From: Eledone cirrhosa
Lineage: Eukaryota
Assembly (NCBI GenBank): GCA_964016885.1
Contig: OZ024751.1
Coordinates: 24,490,001 to 24,554,000, forward strand
DNA length: 64,000 bases
Direction: 5' to 3'
This document shows, one piece after another, positions 14,151 to 29,417 of this stretch. The translations under genes were made by a program, and so were the position numbers. The notes beneath the pieces are model-generated. The model was not told the origin of the DNA. It ran no database searches and saw only the letters and a list, made by a program, of their open reading frames with translations. Numbering within the stretch: the first letter of the stretch is position 1; each line of letters opens with the position of its first letter.

Positions 14151-14634
14151 GTTGATATTTATTCTCTTCACAATCCTATACAACATTCACCATTCATCCA
14201 ATCCTGCTCAGTTCCCTACATGAATGTATAATGTCAGTAGTTACTACCATGAGTTGTTAGTAGTGTTCCAGTAACACACCTCACAGTTTCCGTGCTATGT
14301 TAATGATGCGTATAATGGTATGAAACACGTGGCAGCGAGGATCTAAGTTGGAACCTAATGAAATGAACATTAACAAAAGCCCACCCACTCGTCTCTCTCT
14401 CTCTCCCTCTCCCTACTCTCTCTCACTCTATTTCTCTCTCTCTCTCTCCGTCTATCTATCTATATCTCTATCTATCTATCTATCTATCTCGAACTCTGTG
14501 CAATTCTCTCTCTCAATGCTGTTCAGCTAATGACTTTATCATTTTTGCCTATGATATGTGTATATATATATGAGGAGTGGCTATATATTATATATGTCTA
14601 TACTTACTCTCTTTATCTCTTTACTTCTCTTTGT

Positions 14635-14677
<43 letters not shown>

Positions 14678-15074
14678 CATATATGCATACATACATGCAT
14701 ACATACATACATATATACATATATACGGATAAACAGACAGACAAACAAATAGAGATTGCTGTGTGCGTTATGTTTCTGTTTATCTGATATTTTATGAGTA
14801 AGATCACGTGTGCCTGGGGGACAGGAATGTGTGTTGGTGTGTTTCACACTCTGGATATAACTGTTAGCCTAATCTATACATTTTGTTTAAAATCAATATA
14901 ATTATATCGATAATGACTGAACGGATAAATAGTGTGATGTTATGCTATTTCATTGTTAGCTAAACAAACAAAAAACAACAAAAATAGACAAACAAAACAT
15001 AGAAATATATTCAATGAACTAGAACCCTGAGATATGTATAAGTACATGTCTTAAAGTCGTGGCTCTTGGTTATA

Positions 15075-15295
15075 GTTAAGCATGGCGGCTGCCAACTCGT
15101 TTTCGAGTACGGCATTTACTTTATATCCATGTAGGAGAACCCCTACCGATGCGCTGAATGAGTGTGACTTTTTAGTCCAGCCAGCGACTTGAAAACTCTG
15201 GTACAAACACTACACCTGTGACAATTATTGACACATAGTGCTGGGCCCATGGTACCATGTAACGACAAGTGCAGAGAGATCTCCAGATATAAAGC
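15075..15295 (-). mobile_element. 3' fragment of RTE-like LINE
   Basis: Terminal C2H2-like motif CSVCTRVFKSLAGLKSHTHSAH* followed by a short 3'UTR with the hairpin CTCGaaaaCGAG. Confidence 0.5.
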
Positions 15296-15317
15296 AATAC
15301 ATACATACATACATACA

Positions 15318-15348
<31 letters not shown>

Positions 15349-15350
15349 GA

Positions 15351-15524
15351 TTTATGCCTGTGATTATTGGGGCACTGGGATATGTCAGTAACTGCCTCAA
15401 TACAAATCTTGAGAAGCTGGGCTTCACAGGAACAGAAAGAACACAACTAGTTAGGAAATTACAAGTACAATCCATTAATGGAACAGTAAAAATATGTAAA
15501 ACATTCCAAAAATGTTGCATCTAA
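15351..15524 (+). mobile_element. 3' fragment of R4/Dong-clade RLE non-LTR retrotransposon
   Basis: Translates FMPVIIGALGYVSNCLNTNLEKLGF...LQVQSINGTVKICKTFQKCCI*, which resembles the R4-clade C-terminus. It abuts (CATA)n. Confidence 0.65.
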
Positions 15525-15744
15525 TAACTGCATATACACATGTACAGATACAAAGCATATACGCGTGCACACATACAACTCAAAACATCCACATCCACAC
15601 ATACAATAACATCCATATCTACACATGCAGACATGCATACATAATCTACCTAGTTGATGTTGTGTAAATTCCACTGAGAGAGTCTTGTGTCTATGTTAGA
15701 AACCGACTCTCTCTCTATCGGTAAAAAATTGTGAAATAGATAGA

Positions 15745-15848
<104 letters not shown>

Positions 15849-16584
15849 ATAAACAATGAGGTTAAGAGCAAAAATAAAATAACAAAATACAGTAAGACAC
15901 AAATATATATAAAAATACAGAACGAAAGGAAGGCAAGTGAAAAAAAAGGGAAGAAAAATAATTTAATAGAGAAAGAATGAAAGAGAAATCTAAAAACCAG
16001 AAAGAATGCAAGAAAAATTCCCCAAAAATATACAAAACTCTTCAATAAACGTAAAAGAAACAAAAACTAAAAGAAAAACAAAACAAAACAAAGAATATAT
16101 ATTTTTTTTTTTACTAAATTTACTTTCCACCGTAGTTCCCCGACACCGCTTCTTTCTCCCGCTTAGGCTTCAAGAGATTGATATCGTACAAAGTGAATTA
16201 GTGGTAAGCCTGTGTCTTTAGCGAAACCTGCATCTTATTATTGAGAGCGCCATGATTTGCCGTGCTGTAGTGTTGTTAAATAGGAACGTATATATGGTTG
16301 ACACCGTTTCTTATAGTGGATCATGGTGGAAATTAGCTGTTGATGAAGAAAGCTATTCTAAATGAGGTTTGTTACCGATCCCTAAAAATAATAGCAGAAC
16401 GACATAGCCGTGAGCAAATTGATTTCTGCGGAAAAGCCAAATCACTGATGCTTGTATTGTACTGGATATGTTTGCATATAAAGCTTGTGTGTATATATAT
16501 GTATATATATGTATATATATGTGTATATATGTGTATATATGTGTGTTTTATGTTTTTTGTAGTTGTGCATAGTGTGTGTGAAAA

Positions 16585-17145
16585 TCCATGTTATAAAACC
16601 GTGTGTAGATGTGTGTATGTATGTGCATTTATGTGCATGTGTGTGCATTTATGTGCATTTATGTGCATTTATGTGCATCTGTGTGCATATGTGTGCATGT
16701 ATGTGCATTTATGTGCATATATGTATATATATGTGTGTTATTTGTTTTGTGAGTATGTAACCATGTTATAAAACCGTGTGTAGATGTGTGTATGTATGTG
16801 CATTTATGTGCATATATGTGCATGTATGTGCATGTATGTGCATGTATGTGCATTTATGTGCATATATGTGCATATATTTATATATATGTGTGTTATTTGT
16901 TTTGAGAGTATGTATCCATGTTATAAAACCGTGTGTAGATGTGTGTATGTATGTGCATTTATGTGCATGTATGTGCATTTATGTGCATTTATGTGCATTT
17001 ATGTGCATATATTTATATATGTGTGTTATTTGTTTTGAGAGTATGTATCCATGTTATAAAAACGTGAATATTGAGTGTATTTATGTATGTGTATATACAG
17101 TATGTGTATATATGTACATATATGTGTATATGTTATAAAACGCCT
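16585..17145. repeat. Minisatellite, ~130-175 bp units with 10-bp ATGTGCATTT subrepeats
   Basis: Anchor CCATGTTATAAAACCGTGTGTAG recurs at ~16587, 16761, 16916 and 17049. Confidence 0.8.
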
Positions 17146-17159
17146 ATAGTGTGTCTCTG

Positions 17160-17283
<124 letters not shown>

Positions 17284-17311
17284 TGTATGTATATATATAT
17301 ATATATGTATG

Positions 17312-17498
<187 letters not shown>

Positions 17499-17501
17499 AT
17501 G

Positions 17502-17564
<63 letters not shown>

Positions 17565-17569
17565 TTATA

Positions 17570-17646
<77 letters not shown>

Positions 17647-18963
17647 AGATATAGTTATATATGTATACATATATATATATATATATATATATGTGTCTCT
17701 ATGTGCGTATATATATATATATATACATTTGTGTGTGTATGTGTGTTTTATGGTTTGTATTTGTACACAGTGAATGTCTATTATAAAAACGTGTGTATTT
17801 ACAATATGTGTGGCTCATCATGTGTATGTAATACCGGAACAGGAAGCACAGAGACTAAGATGGATGAAATACATTGTTAGTTAGAAATTGACGAGGAAGC
17901 TTGTGTTTGCGCTCGTTTGTGTGTGTGTGTGTTTATGAACGCAAATCTATATATGTGTGTGTTTGCATATGCATGGTTGTGTGTGGTTGTGCGTGTGTTT
18001 GCAAATACCTAGCTGTGTGTGTGTGTGTGTGTGTGCGTGTGCGTGTGCGTGTGTGTGTGTGTGTGTGCTTGTATGTGTGTATATGTATGAGTGGGTGTTG
18101 TGTGTATGTGATTGTCTGTGTATGTGTGTGTGTGCACGGACGCGCGTCTTCCTGTAGAAATTGCAACTGAAATACAATGCAAAATGGCCGAAAATCTGTA
18201 ATGTATTTATAGCAATATCAATGACACAGATAAAGACTTATTTCGAGGATGGTGCTGATTAAACTACTAGTCCTCTCCACATTTCATATTATCTATAATT
18301 TCAGCTAGCGTGGAACGCTGCACGAATCGAAGATATACTTGCTTATTTTAGTTATCCTTCGAGACATCTCTCAAATCTAAGTTATCCATAATGTTGGCAA
18401 TAGTGGGAACCTGCACAAGTCGAAGACATGTTCTATTATTTTTAAATGTCAGAGTCTACACGATGTAAAATTATATATTTTCTAACCATCAGCCTCATAT
18501 TTGGGGATGAAGAATAGTTTGCTTAAATATTTACATCTAAACCAATGGCTGTAGATTGGCAGAGTCGTAAGAGTATCGAACAAAACACCGCTTCCTCTTT
18601 ACCTACAAAGCTTTATATTTTCAGTTGAAATCCGGCGGAGGTCAACTTTAACTCTTATCCTTCCAGAGATCGATAAACAACGTACGAGTGCCTCAATTAG
18701 AAACCTACAATTTTATCTTGACTCTGGTCTAGCTCCTGATCTCTACTCCAGACTGGATTAAACCTAGGATTAAACCTTTACTCCTGAACTAAAGATAACA
18801 CATTCTTTAGTTTAGTAATAAGACACCCTAGTTTCAATCTAATGTAATCAATTGAGCAAATGTATGTCTATTGAAAGGCAGCGTAAATGTAAATATTACA
18901 TTTTCTTTTATTTTCATCTGTCGCTCCACTCCATACTCACCTACACACATGTATATACACAAT

Positions 18964-19113
<150 letters not shown>

Positions 19114-19133
19114 GATATATATATATAGATATA

Positions 19134-19421
<288 letters not shown>

Positions 19422-19624
19422 CACGCATATATATATATATATGCGTACATATATATATATATATATGCGTACATATATATATATATATATGCGTACATAT
19501 ATATATATATATATATGCGTACATATATATATATATGCGTACATATATATATATATGCGAACATATATATATATATGCGTACATATATATATATATATAT
19601 ATGCGAACATATATATATATATGC

Positions 19625-19669
<45 letters not shown>

Positions 19670-19853
19670 TACATATATATATATATATATATGCGTACAT
19701 ATATATATACATATATATATGCGTACATATATATATATATATATATATGCGTACATATATATATATATATATAAATATATATATGAAGTATTTCCGTAGG
19801 AAAAGTAGAGGAATATAGAGTGCTCTATGTAGGCTACAGACCTTATTAGTTAT

Positions 19854-20098
19854 GTAATAAACAACATAAGATAATTATTTCATTTACCAGTGGTTTCTTG
19901 AAGACAGATATTTATATCTGTCTTCAGCCGTCAGAACGAATAACATAAATCTATTTTTAAATATTCATTCTATTAAATAGAATTCACATTTAATAAACAC
20001 CCCATATTATTTATTCGTTCTGACGGCTGAAGACAGATATAAATATCTGTCTTCAAGAAACCACTGGTAAATGAAATAATTATCCTATGTTGTTTATT

Positions 20099-20100
<2 letters not shown>
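19854..20100. mobile_element. Fold-back insert (90-bp arms) with HHR-like core
   Basis: Arms at 19854-19943/20011-20100. Contains CTGAAGA-cagatataaatatctg..-GAAA-CCAcTGG-TA, but helix I is not evident. Confidence 0.55.
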
Positions 20101-20129
<29 letters not shown>

Positions 20130-20209
20130 ATTGGTGTGGGATGCTTAAAGCGTTCGTAAGCGGCATGCCTTTGAGCACTCGACGCTCTTACAGAGCAGAG
20201 TATGGTATC

Positions 20210-20445
20210 ACATAAGAAACGGAGAATCAGTGTTGCGACGAATAACATTTATTAGACATATTACAATCGTTTCACTGGCGACCAGCTTGAGGCACGATCG
20301 ATGTAATGATCAAACCTGACTCTGAAATTGCAAGGTCCTCAGATATGATCATCACATCGATCGTGCCTCAAACTGGTCGCCATTGAAACGATTGTAATGT
20401 CTAATAAATGTTATTCGTCGCAACACTGATTCTCCGTTTCTTATG
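20210..20445. mobile_element. Fold-back insert with HHR (minus, 20257-20347)
   Basis: CATAT-CTGAGGA-(~60 nt)-GAAA-CGATTG-TA-ATATG followed by AATAAA. A related copy at ~50057-50151 (+) reads GGT-CCGACGA...GAAACGCGCGTC-ACC..AATAAA. Confidence 0.7.
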
Positions 20446-20465
20446 TGTATATATATATATATCAC

Positions 20466-21114
20466 ATGACATCACATTTGTATACAATGTCATTTATCAG
20501 GCATTTGTTTTCAAGTGGACAGGCTTCCTTATTTAGGCAATTGCACAAGGCTTCAGTCCGGGGATTGGGTTCAGAGGTAGTTGGCTTATTTAATTTTTTA
20601 GCATTGAGATTGACTATATTCCTAGCTAGGTTAGGTGTAGTGGAGTAGGAGAGTCTTATTGTGTTCTTATTGAAGATGGTGTAGTACCTATGTTGTGTGG
20701 GCAAGTGTGGTGTTCCGCAAAGTGAAGAAAGTCCTAGTTATAGGTGTAGAGACCTAACCCCCACTTCAATAGAGAGGTCTCTACACCTATAGCTAGAACT
20801 TTCTTCACTTTGCTGAACACACACTTCCCCAACATAGGTACTACACCATCTTCAATAAGAACACAATAAGACTCTCCTACTCCACTACACCTAACCTAGC
20901 TAGGAATATAGCCAATCTCAATGCTAAAAAATTAAATAAGCCAACTACCTCCGAACCCAATCCCCGGACTGAAGCCTTGTGCAATTGCCTAAATAAGGAA
21001 GCCTGCCCACTTGAAAACAAATGCCTGACAAATGGCATCGTATACAAATGTGATGTCATCTCAGGCACCGATGATTGCAACAACAAAAAGACTTGCATCG
21101 GCATGACTTCCAAT
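20466..21114 (+). mobile_element. Penelope-like element ORF fragment (RT thumb, Cys linker, start of GIY-YIG) with inverted duplicate
   Basis: From 20756 it translates NPHFNREVSTPIARTFFTLLNTHF..HRYYTIFNKNTIRLSYSTTPN..CNCLNKEACPLENKCLTNGIVYKCDV..KTCIGMTSN with one frameshift. 20466-20755 is an inverted copy of 20775-21059. Confidence 0.8.
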
Positions 21115-21431
21115 AATATGTATATTAATATGTATATTAATATGGCAATATTACACAAATATGACCCTCCCCAAGTATAACAATATATATATATATATAT
21201 ACAAAGAGGGAGATAGACACAGAGAGTGTGTTGTATGGATATGGATACCTACACACGCACACTATCGAAATAAACACAAAACCATATGCATGGTTGTAAA
21301 TGAGGTGCGTTTCCATGTGCGTGGTTATCTATATATATAAATATATATATATCTGTGTTTGTGTGTCAATTTGTGTTTTGTGTGTATGTTTGTGGCTTTA
21401 TGCATGTGTGTGTATGTATATGAGTATGTGT

Positions 21432-21488
<57 letters not shown>

Positions 21489-21941
21489 TATGTGCGTGTG
21501 TGTCTATTTCCTCTTCTACATAAAACACACATTGCCCTATTTGTCAATGTTGTAAGCTATCGCAAAATGGATGCCGTTTGCCAGCGAAGCCATTGAAATA
21601 TTTGCCAAGAAGATTGCAGAAACGGACGGCCATTTTGGCAACATGGGATGAGAACTACACTTGCTTGGCTTCCGGTATGTTGCCATCAAATTGCTAGAGA
21701 AATTAATCAAGTGAGCTCAATGTGTACCTTTGCTGTGACGACCATCAAAGTACGTACTGTTTTCTCTCGTGTAATAAACGTATTTGCATCTTTCTTTCTC
21801 ACTTTACTACAGATTCAACACTGCTTGTACTGCTTGTATGAGATGAGTATTAGAGCTTTATGTGTATGCATGCAAGTGTAATAGTTCCTATACATATGTA
21901 GGTAAATGCGGTAATATTTATTTTATGAGCTAATGTATTAA

Positions 21942-21981
<40 letters not shown>

Positions 21982-22249
21982 TTTAGTACAGCATTACCGA
22001 AGCATTAGTTCGCGGCCAAGCTAGCGAATGCAAATTCGGTATGTAACTTTAGCACTCGAATGGGAATAGTACCCCAGAGTAATAACAATACGTTTAGACA
22101 GCTTAGCAAATCAAATATAGCGATCGGCAGTCCAGCCGCATTACCACAGCAACGAAAATCGTTGGACTCAATATATATATAGAGAGAAAGAGAGAGAGCG
22201 AGAGATACACACGCATATAAACACTTTCCCTCTCACACACACGCGCATA

Positions 22250-22348
<99 letters not shown>

Positions 22349-22426
22349 CAAGGTAGTATGAAAATATGTCGGAGGACATTACAATTTAATCCTTTCCTCC
22401 CGGTGGAATTAGCAGCGGCAGCAGAA

Positions 22427-22524
22427 ACGTGACTTAACCAAGTCACGTGACCTAACCAAGTCACGTGACCTAACCAAGTCACGTGACCTAACCAAGTCAC
22501 GTGACCTAACCAAGTCACGTGACT
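22427..22524. repeat. 18-bp minisatellite GTCACGTGACCTAACCAA x~5.5
   Basis: Five perfect GTCACGTGAC palindromes at 22442, 22460, 22478, 22496 and 22514. Confidence 0.9.
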
Positions 22525-22968
22525 AAGTACCTCTTTATTTGCTAAAGTACTTAACTGCGTTGTAAAAATATTCATTGGCAAAATACACACACATACACTC
22601 ACATACACACATAGACACATGGGCACATACATAGCCATAAGAATATATACACATACATTCAGACATACATACATACATGCATACATATATGCATACATAC
22701 ATGCATGCACACATACGTACATATGTGTTTATAGCTTCATGTGTTAATGTATATGTGTGTACGTAAATGTTTGTGTGTATGTATGTACGTTTATGCATGT
22801 ATGCATACGTGTGTGTCTATCTATAAAGTGTATGTGTATGTATATGTGTGTGCATATGTTGTGTATATGTATTTAATCCTATGTATGCATGCATGCATAT
22901 GTATATATATGTGTATCCATGAATGTATGTATATGTATGTATGTATGTAAGTATGGATGGATGGATGC

Positions 22969-23000
<32 letters not shown>

Positions 23001-23561
23001 GTATATATATATGTGTGTGTGAGTGTGTGTGTGTGTGTGTGTGTGAATGTAAGTGGTTATATATATATATATAAATAGCTGTGTGTACGTATGTTTTTTC
23101 TTGCTTTGTTTTTCCCGGTGGGGTGGAGATTTATTTAAGCCTTTCTCCACAGAATTTAAAATCGGTCAGTTACAAATTAGTAAGGCCTTTATACATTTAT
23201 TTATTTATTTATCGATTTGAGTCATGACATTTCCAAGGATCTGTCAATATGTGAATGATGTAGTGTGTGTATATATGAAGTTGTTATGTGGACATCCTTG
23301 CATTTATGTCACGAGTTTATCACCACTATGGAGGTCATCGATGCTGAAGAGAGACAGGGTCGGGAGAGACAGGTGAGAACTCTTGATTAGAACTCTTCAA
23401 CACCGATGGTGGATTCGATAAAGTATCAGAGAAACAGTCGATATTTTCCATTGTTCCATTGTTCATATTCTATATCCATGCTTTTGTGCGTCCGAATTCG
23501 ATTAGTTACAAATATTGGGGAAACTGACTGTTGGTCTTTTTTTTATGATGTCGACTTCATC

Positions 23562-23802
23562 TGTCGCCTGGTTTAACACCGCCATCTTGTTGCCTGGTTT
23601 AACACCGCCATCTTGTCACCTGGTTTAACACCGCCATCTTGTCGCCTGGTTTAACACCGCCATCTTGTCGCCTGGTTTAACACCGCCATCTTGTCGCCTG
23701 GTGTAACACCGCCACCTTGTCGCCTGGTTTAACACCGCCATCTTGTCACCTGGTTTAACACTGCCATCTTGTCGCCTGGTTTGACACCGCCATCTTGTCG
23801 CC
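23562..23802. repeat. 26-bp minisatellite GCCATCTTGTCGCCTGGTTTAACACC x~9
   Basis: Direct tandem copies with 0-2 substitutions each and no spacers. Confidence 0.9.
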
Positions 23803-24204
23803 CGATACCTTTAGCAGGCTTTCAGTTTTCGCAAACAGTTTAGAGAGCTAGATCTTTCCTGTTTGAGAAAAGCTTCTCTCTGCCCCACCTCCCTCCTGCC
23901 CGTCCTACCACAAATAACGGAGGTCCTAAGTGGGGGGGAAATGGTTAATATCACTTCCCTTTCCTCAATGACTACGTGTTGAAAAGCTGAACATGGTACA
24001 TTCTACGGACTCAGTAGAATAGATATCTGGCTTTCTACCTACCTTCTACCAACTTCATTGCTCTAAATATGTTGTTGCCTCATTTGATAAATCTACGGAG
24101 GAGCCTGCTACTGAAATTACCGTGCAAACTTAACATAGTTCTCAGGGAGCTTCAGCGTGACATTAGTGTTAAATTCCAGATGAGACTTATTTTTTTTTCT
24201 ATGT

Positions 24205-24310
24205 TTTTTTACCAGGTGAGTAAACTGGAGCAACGCAGAATAAAGTGATCGGGAATCGAACTCATGAACTTGAGTCCAACATCCAAATCACTAAGCCACA
24301 CGCCTTCACA
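24205..24310 (-). mobile_element. Second tRNA-derived SINE family remnant
   Basis: GTAAACTGGAGCAACG plus reverse B-box GGGAATCGAACTC. Related remnants at ~39810-39880 and ~47660-47815. Confidence 0.5.
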
Positions 24311-24350
24311 GTGCTCTCTCGCTCTCTCTCCCTCTCCCTCTCTCTCTCCA

Positions 24351-24439
<89 letters not shown>

Positions 24440-24718
24440 TGTTATACATTGGGAGGGTCATGCTGCCAATAAGAAACATACGCACCAGTGCTTTCACTTC
24501 AATTTATTATAATAAATTTATAAATTTAGGAATTTATAAATTTCCGGTTGGTTGGTTGGTTCCACAACCAGATGATTGTTCATATATTGTCAAAGTTCTT
24601 TCGTCACACAGTCTGTGACCTCTTCAGTGACTGGGGATTATTTTCTTTGTTTTTGTGCCTCTCCTTTGTTCTGTCCTACGCCATCTTGTTCTTATATATA
24701 TATATATATATATATATA

Positions 24719-24915
24719 TAACGAAAGAAGTGTGGTAAGGAACCAGGTGGGCCATAACGCACCAGAGTACTCGATACTTAGGGTAGTAGAGTGGGTAATA
24801 GGAAAGAGTCAGGTCCTCGACGGCTGAGCTTCTGGCCGTTTCGATAGCTCAGGTCTAGCTGAAATTTGCAGAAATAACGGGCGACACTACCGTAGATATT
24901 TTTCAGGGATTTATC

Positions 24916-24917
<2 letters not shown>
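24719..24917 (-). mobile_element. Family C HHR-derived insert
   Basis: Tail matches the 29240-29320 copy. Minus strand reads GAAACGGCcagaagctcaGCCGTC-GAGGA. Confidence 0.65.
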
Positions 24918-24960
<43 letters not shown>

Positions 24961-24967
24961 ATATGTA

Positions 24968-25018
<51 letters not shown>

Positions 25019-25076
25019 ATACACATATGTATATATATATATATATACGCCTACACACATACACATATACACACAG

Positions 25077-25123
<47 letters not shown>

Positions 25124-25344
25124 TACATCTACACACATACACACACAGACACACACACATATATATATATATATATTTATATATATACATGCATACACTC
25201 ACACACACATATATATATACATACATACACACACATATATATATATACATACATACACACACATATATATATATATATATACATACATATATACACATAT
25301 ATATACATACACACACACACACACACACAAACATATATATATAT

Positions 25345-25377
<33 letters not shown>

Positions 25378-25386
25378 TATATATAT

Positions 25387-25591
25387 TTATTTCTGAAGAC
25401 GGCGTATATATGTGTTGGTATGTATATTTAATCTTGATAGTTTGTATAATTTTGTATAATTTTGTACATAGATCTGTTGAATATGCATGCCAATTCTAAC
25501 ACATATATATCCTAGAAACGATCGTTAAATAATGAACTTTTTTTTGTTTAATATAAGGAACTGTTTCATTGTTTTATTCATTATTTGTTTA

Positions 25592-25600
<9 letters not shown>
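25387..25600 (+). ncRNA. Family H hammerhead motif with ~115-nt stem II, 5'-truncated copy
   Basis: TTATTT-CTGAAGA-(long hairpin)-GAAA-CGATCG-TT-AAATAA. Nearly identical to 55009-55221. Bounded by (TA)n. Confidence 0.7.
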
Positions 25601-25667
<67 letters not shown>

Positions 25668-25965
25668 CCCGAAATCATTTTGTTACGTTCCATATTTAAA
25701 TCAAGATGACAAGAAAGGAACAAGTAAATGAACAAATATATTCCTGGTGGTTTTCATCGGATTAGGAGAAGTCTAGAGAGGATTCTTCAGCTGTCAATAA
25801 CGCAACGTGTGTTTTTTGTTTCTTGTATTTCGTGTGGTTGTTGTTGTTGTATTTGTAGGAAGGGGTGTATTTTTACGTTTTGTTATTTGTTGCTTTTTGT
25901 GGGTGAGTATTTTTTTCTTATTGTTTGTGTTATTTTGTTACTTTTTCTTCTCCTTTTTTCTGTTT

Positions 25966-26041
<76 letters not shown>

Positions 26042-26153
26042 AGCGGATGCTTCATTTGTATTCAACTACAGAACATTTTCGAAAGAAAAATCACATCCTG
26101 TCAAACTATAAAACTGAATCACCCTCTTCAATCTAACACAAGTTGTACAGCCA

Positions 26154-26786
26154 TTGCCAACAGCTACCAGCTTTACCGCCGCCATCTTTACCTCCAACAC
26201 CACCGCCACCACCGCCAGCAATACTACAGGTTGTACTGTCACTACCACCACCATCTTTACCTCCAACACCACCGCCACCAATACTACAGGTTGTACTGTC
26301 ACTCCCACCACCATCTTTACACCCAACACCACCACCAATACTACAGGTTGTACTACCACTACAGCCGCCATCTTTACTTCCAACACCACCACCACCACCA
26401 CCAATACTACAGGTTGTACCACCTCTACCAGCGCCATCATTACCACCAACACCACCACCACCACCAATACTACAGGTTGTACTACCACTACAGCCACCAC
26501 CAACACCACCACCACAACCACCAATATTATAGGCTGTACTACCACTACCACCGCCATCATTACCACCAACACCGCCACCAATACTACAGGCTGTACTACC
26601 ACTACCACCACCATCATTACCACCACCACCACCACCACCACCAACACTACAGGCTGTACTACCACTACCACCACCATCATTACCACCACCACCACCACCA
26701 CCAATACTACAGGCTGTACTACCACTACCACCACCATCATTACCACCACCACCACCACCACCACCACCACCAATACTACAGTTTGA
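26154..26786. repeat. ACC-rich minisatellite punctuated by AATACTACAGG(T/C)TGTAC (~54-63 bp units)
   Basis: About ten anchors separated by variable (ACC)n. Multiple reading frames are open because of the composition. Confidence 0.8.
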
Positions 26787-26987
26787 TGGTAGTGGTAGTA
26801 ATAATAGAGACGTTAGCGGTGCTATGCTTGTTGTTGTTGTTGTTTCTGGGGGTGCTGGTAATAATTGTTTCTACTTTTGGCACAAGGCCAGCAATTACCC
26901 CAGTGTATTACTGGTAAAATAAAGTACCAGTACCAATCACTTCCCATTTTATAAATTATTATGTATATATTGCGATGTATTTTTATT

Positions 26988-28109
<1,122 letters not shown>

Positions 28110-28110
28110 C

Positions 28111-28154
<44 letters not shown>

Positions 28155-28156
<2 letters not shown>

Positions 28157-28349
28157 AACGAGTAGGACCCCGACGGCTGAGCTCAAGCCGTTTCGACGGC
28201 TAATTCTGGACTAAATGAAAATTTTTATCCTGGTATTTTAATAGCTGAGCTTCTCAAGGAGTAATTCCATATATGGTCAAAGTGATTGTCACAGGGATTG
28301 GTCAAGAGTTTGTAGTTGAGACATAATAATTTGGTGCGTTATGGTCCGT

Positions 28350-28350
<1 letters not shown>
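28155..28350 (-). mobile_element. Family C insert with complete HHR motif (28167-28262), U3-A8 variant
   Basis: Minus strand reads ACTCC-TTGAGAA-gctcagcta...tagccgtc-GAAA-CGGCTtgagctcAGCCG-TC-GGGGT. Confidence 0.65.
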
Positions 28351-28380
<30 letters not shown>

Positions 28381-28794
28381 TTCCTTCTCTTCTCTCTCTC
28401 TCCCTCTATCTATCTGTATATTCTGACTATCTATATCTATCTTGTGTTTTATATACACATATATATATGTGTGTGTGTATGTGTGTGTGTGTGTGTGTGT
28501 GTGTACGTGTATGTGCGGGGTGATTGTATGTAGTATATGTATGTGTAGTTCTATGTGGTATGTGTGTGTGAGCTTATATATAGTATGTGTGTGTTTATGT
28601 ATATGTTTATAGCAAGAATTCGAAGCTGTATATTTTTCAATTTCCGGAATCTATAGAAATATCCATTAAACATTGCCAAAACATCTAAAGTCTGAGACTT
28701 AGAAAACAGAATAGTCGCAAATGACAAAAGAATTGTTTGCGACTAAGAACTTAGTTTCCAAAAGAAAATGTTTTTCTTTTTCATTTTCGTTTTG

Positions 28795-28885
<91 letters not shown>

Positions 28886-28922
28886 GTGTGTGTATATCTA
28901 TATATATGTATATATGTATATA

Positions 28923-29004
<82 letters not shown>

Positions 29005-29013
29005 TATATATAC

Positions 29014-29068
<55 letters not shown>

Positions 29069-29092
29069 TATATATACATATATATACATATA

Positions 29093-29126
<34 letters not shown>

Positions 29127-29128
<2 letters not shown>

Positions 29129-29321
29129 AACGAGTAGGACCCCGACGGCTGAGCTCAAGCCGTTTCGACGGCTAATTCTGGACTCCAGAATTAGCCGTCG
29201 AAACGGCTTGAGCTTAGCCGTCGGGGTCCCACACGTTCCTATTACCCACTCTACTACCCTAAGTATTGAGTACTTTGGTGCGTTATGGTCCATCTGGTTC
29301 CTTACCACATTTCCTTCGTTA
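29127..29321 (+). mobile_element. Family C insert with fold-back 5' end
   Basis: Palindrome centred on CTGGActCCAG (~29179-29189), then the family tail. (TA)n on both sides. Confidence 0.75.
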
Positions 29322-29330
29322 TATATATAT

Positions 29331-29417
<87 letters not shown>

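Noticed and set aside
22427-23802. CRISPR-like arrays (18-bp and 26-bp repeats)
   Set aside because: Contiguous tandem units with no unique spacers, no cas genes, and a eukaryotic context.
24880-24917. CTGAAAA on the minus strand as the family C hammerhead core
   Set aside because: The segment instead resembles the terminal sequence at 55321-55355 (GACACTACCGTA...GATTTATCTA), so it is probably a joined fragment.
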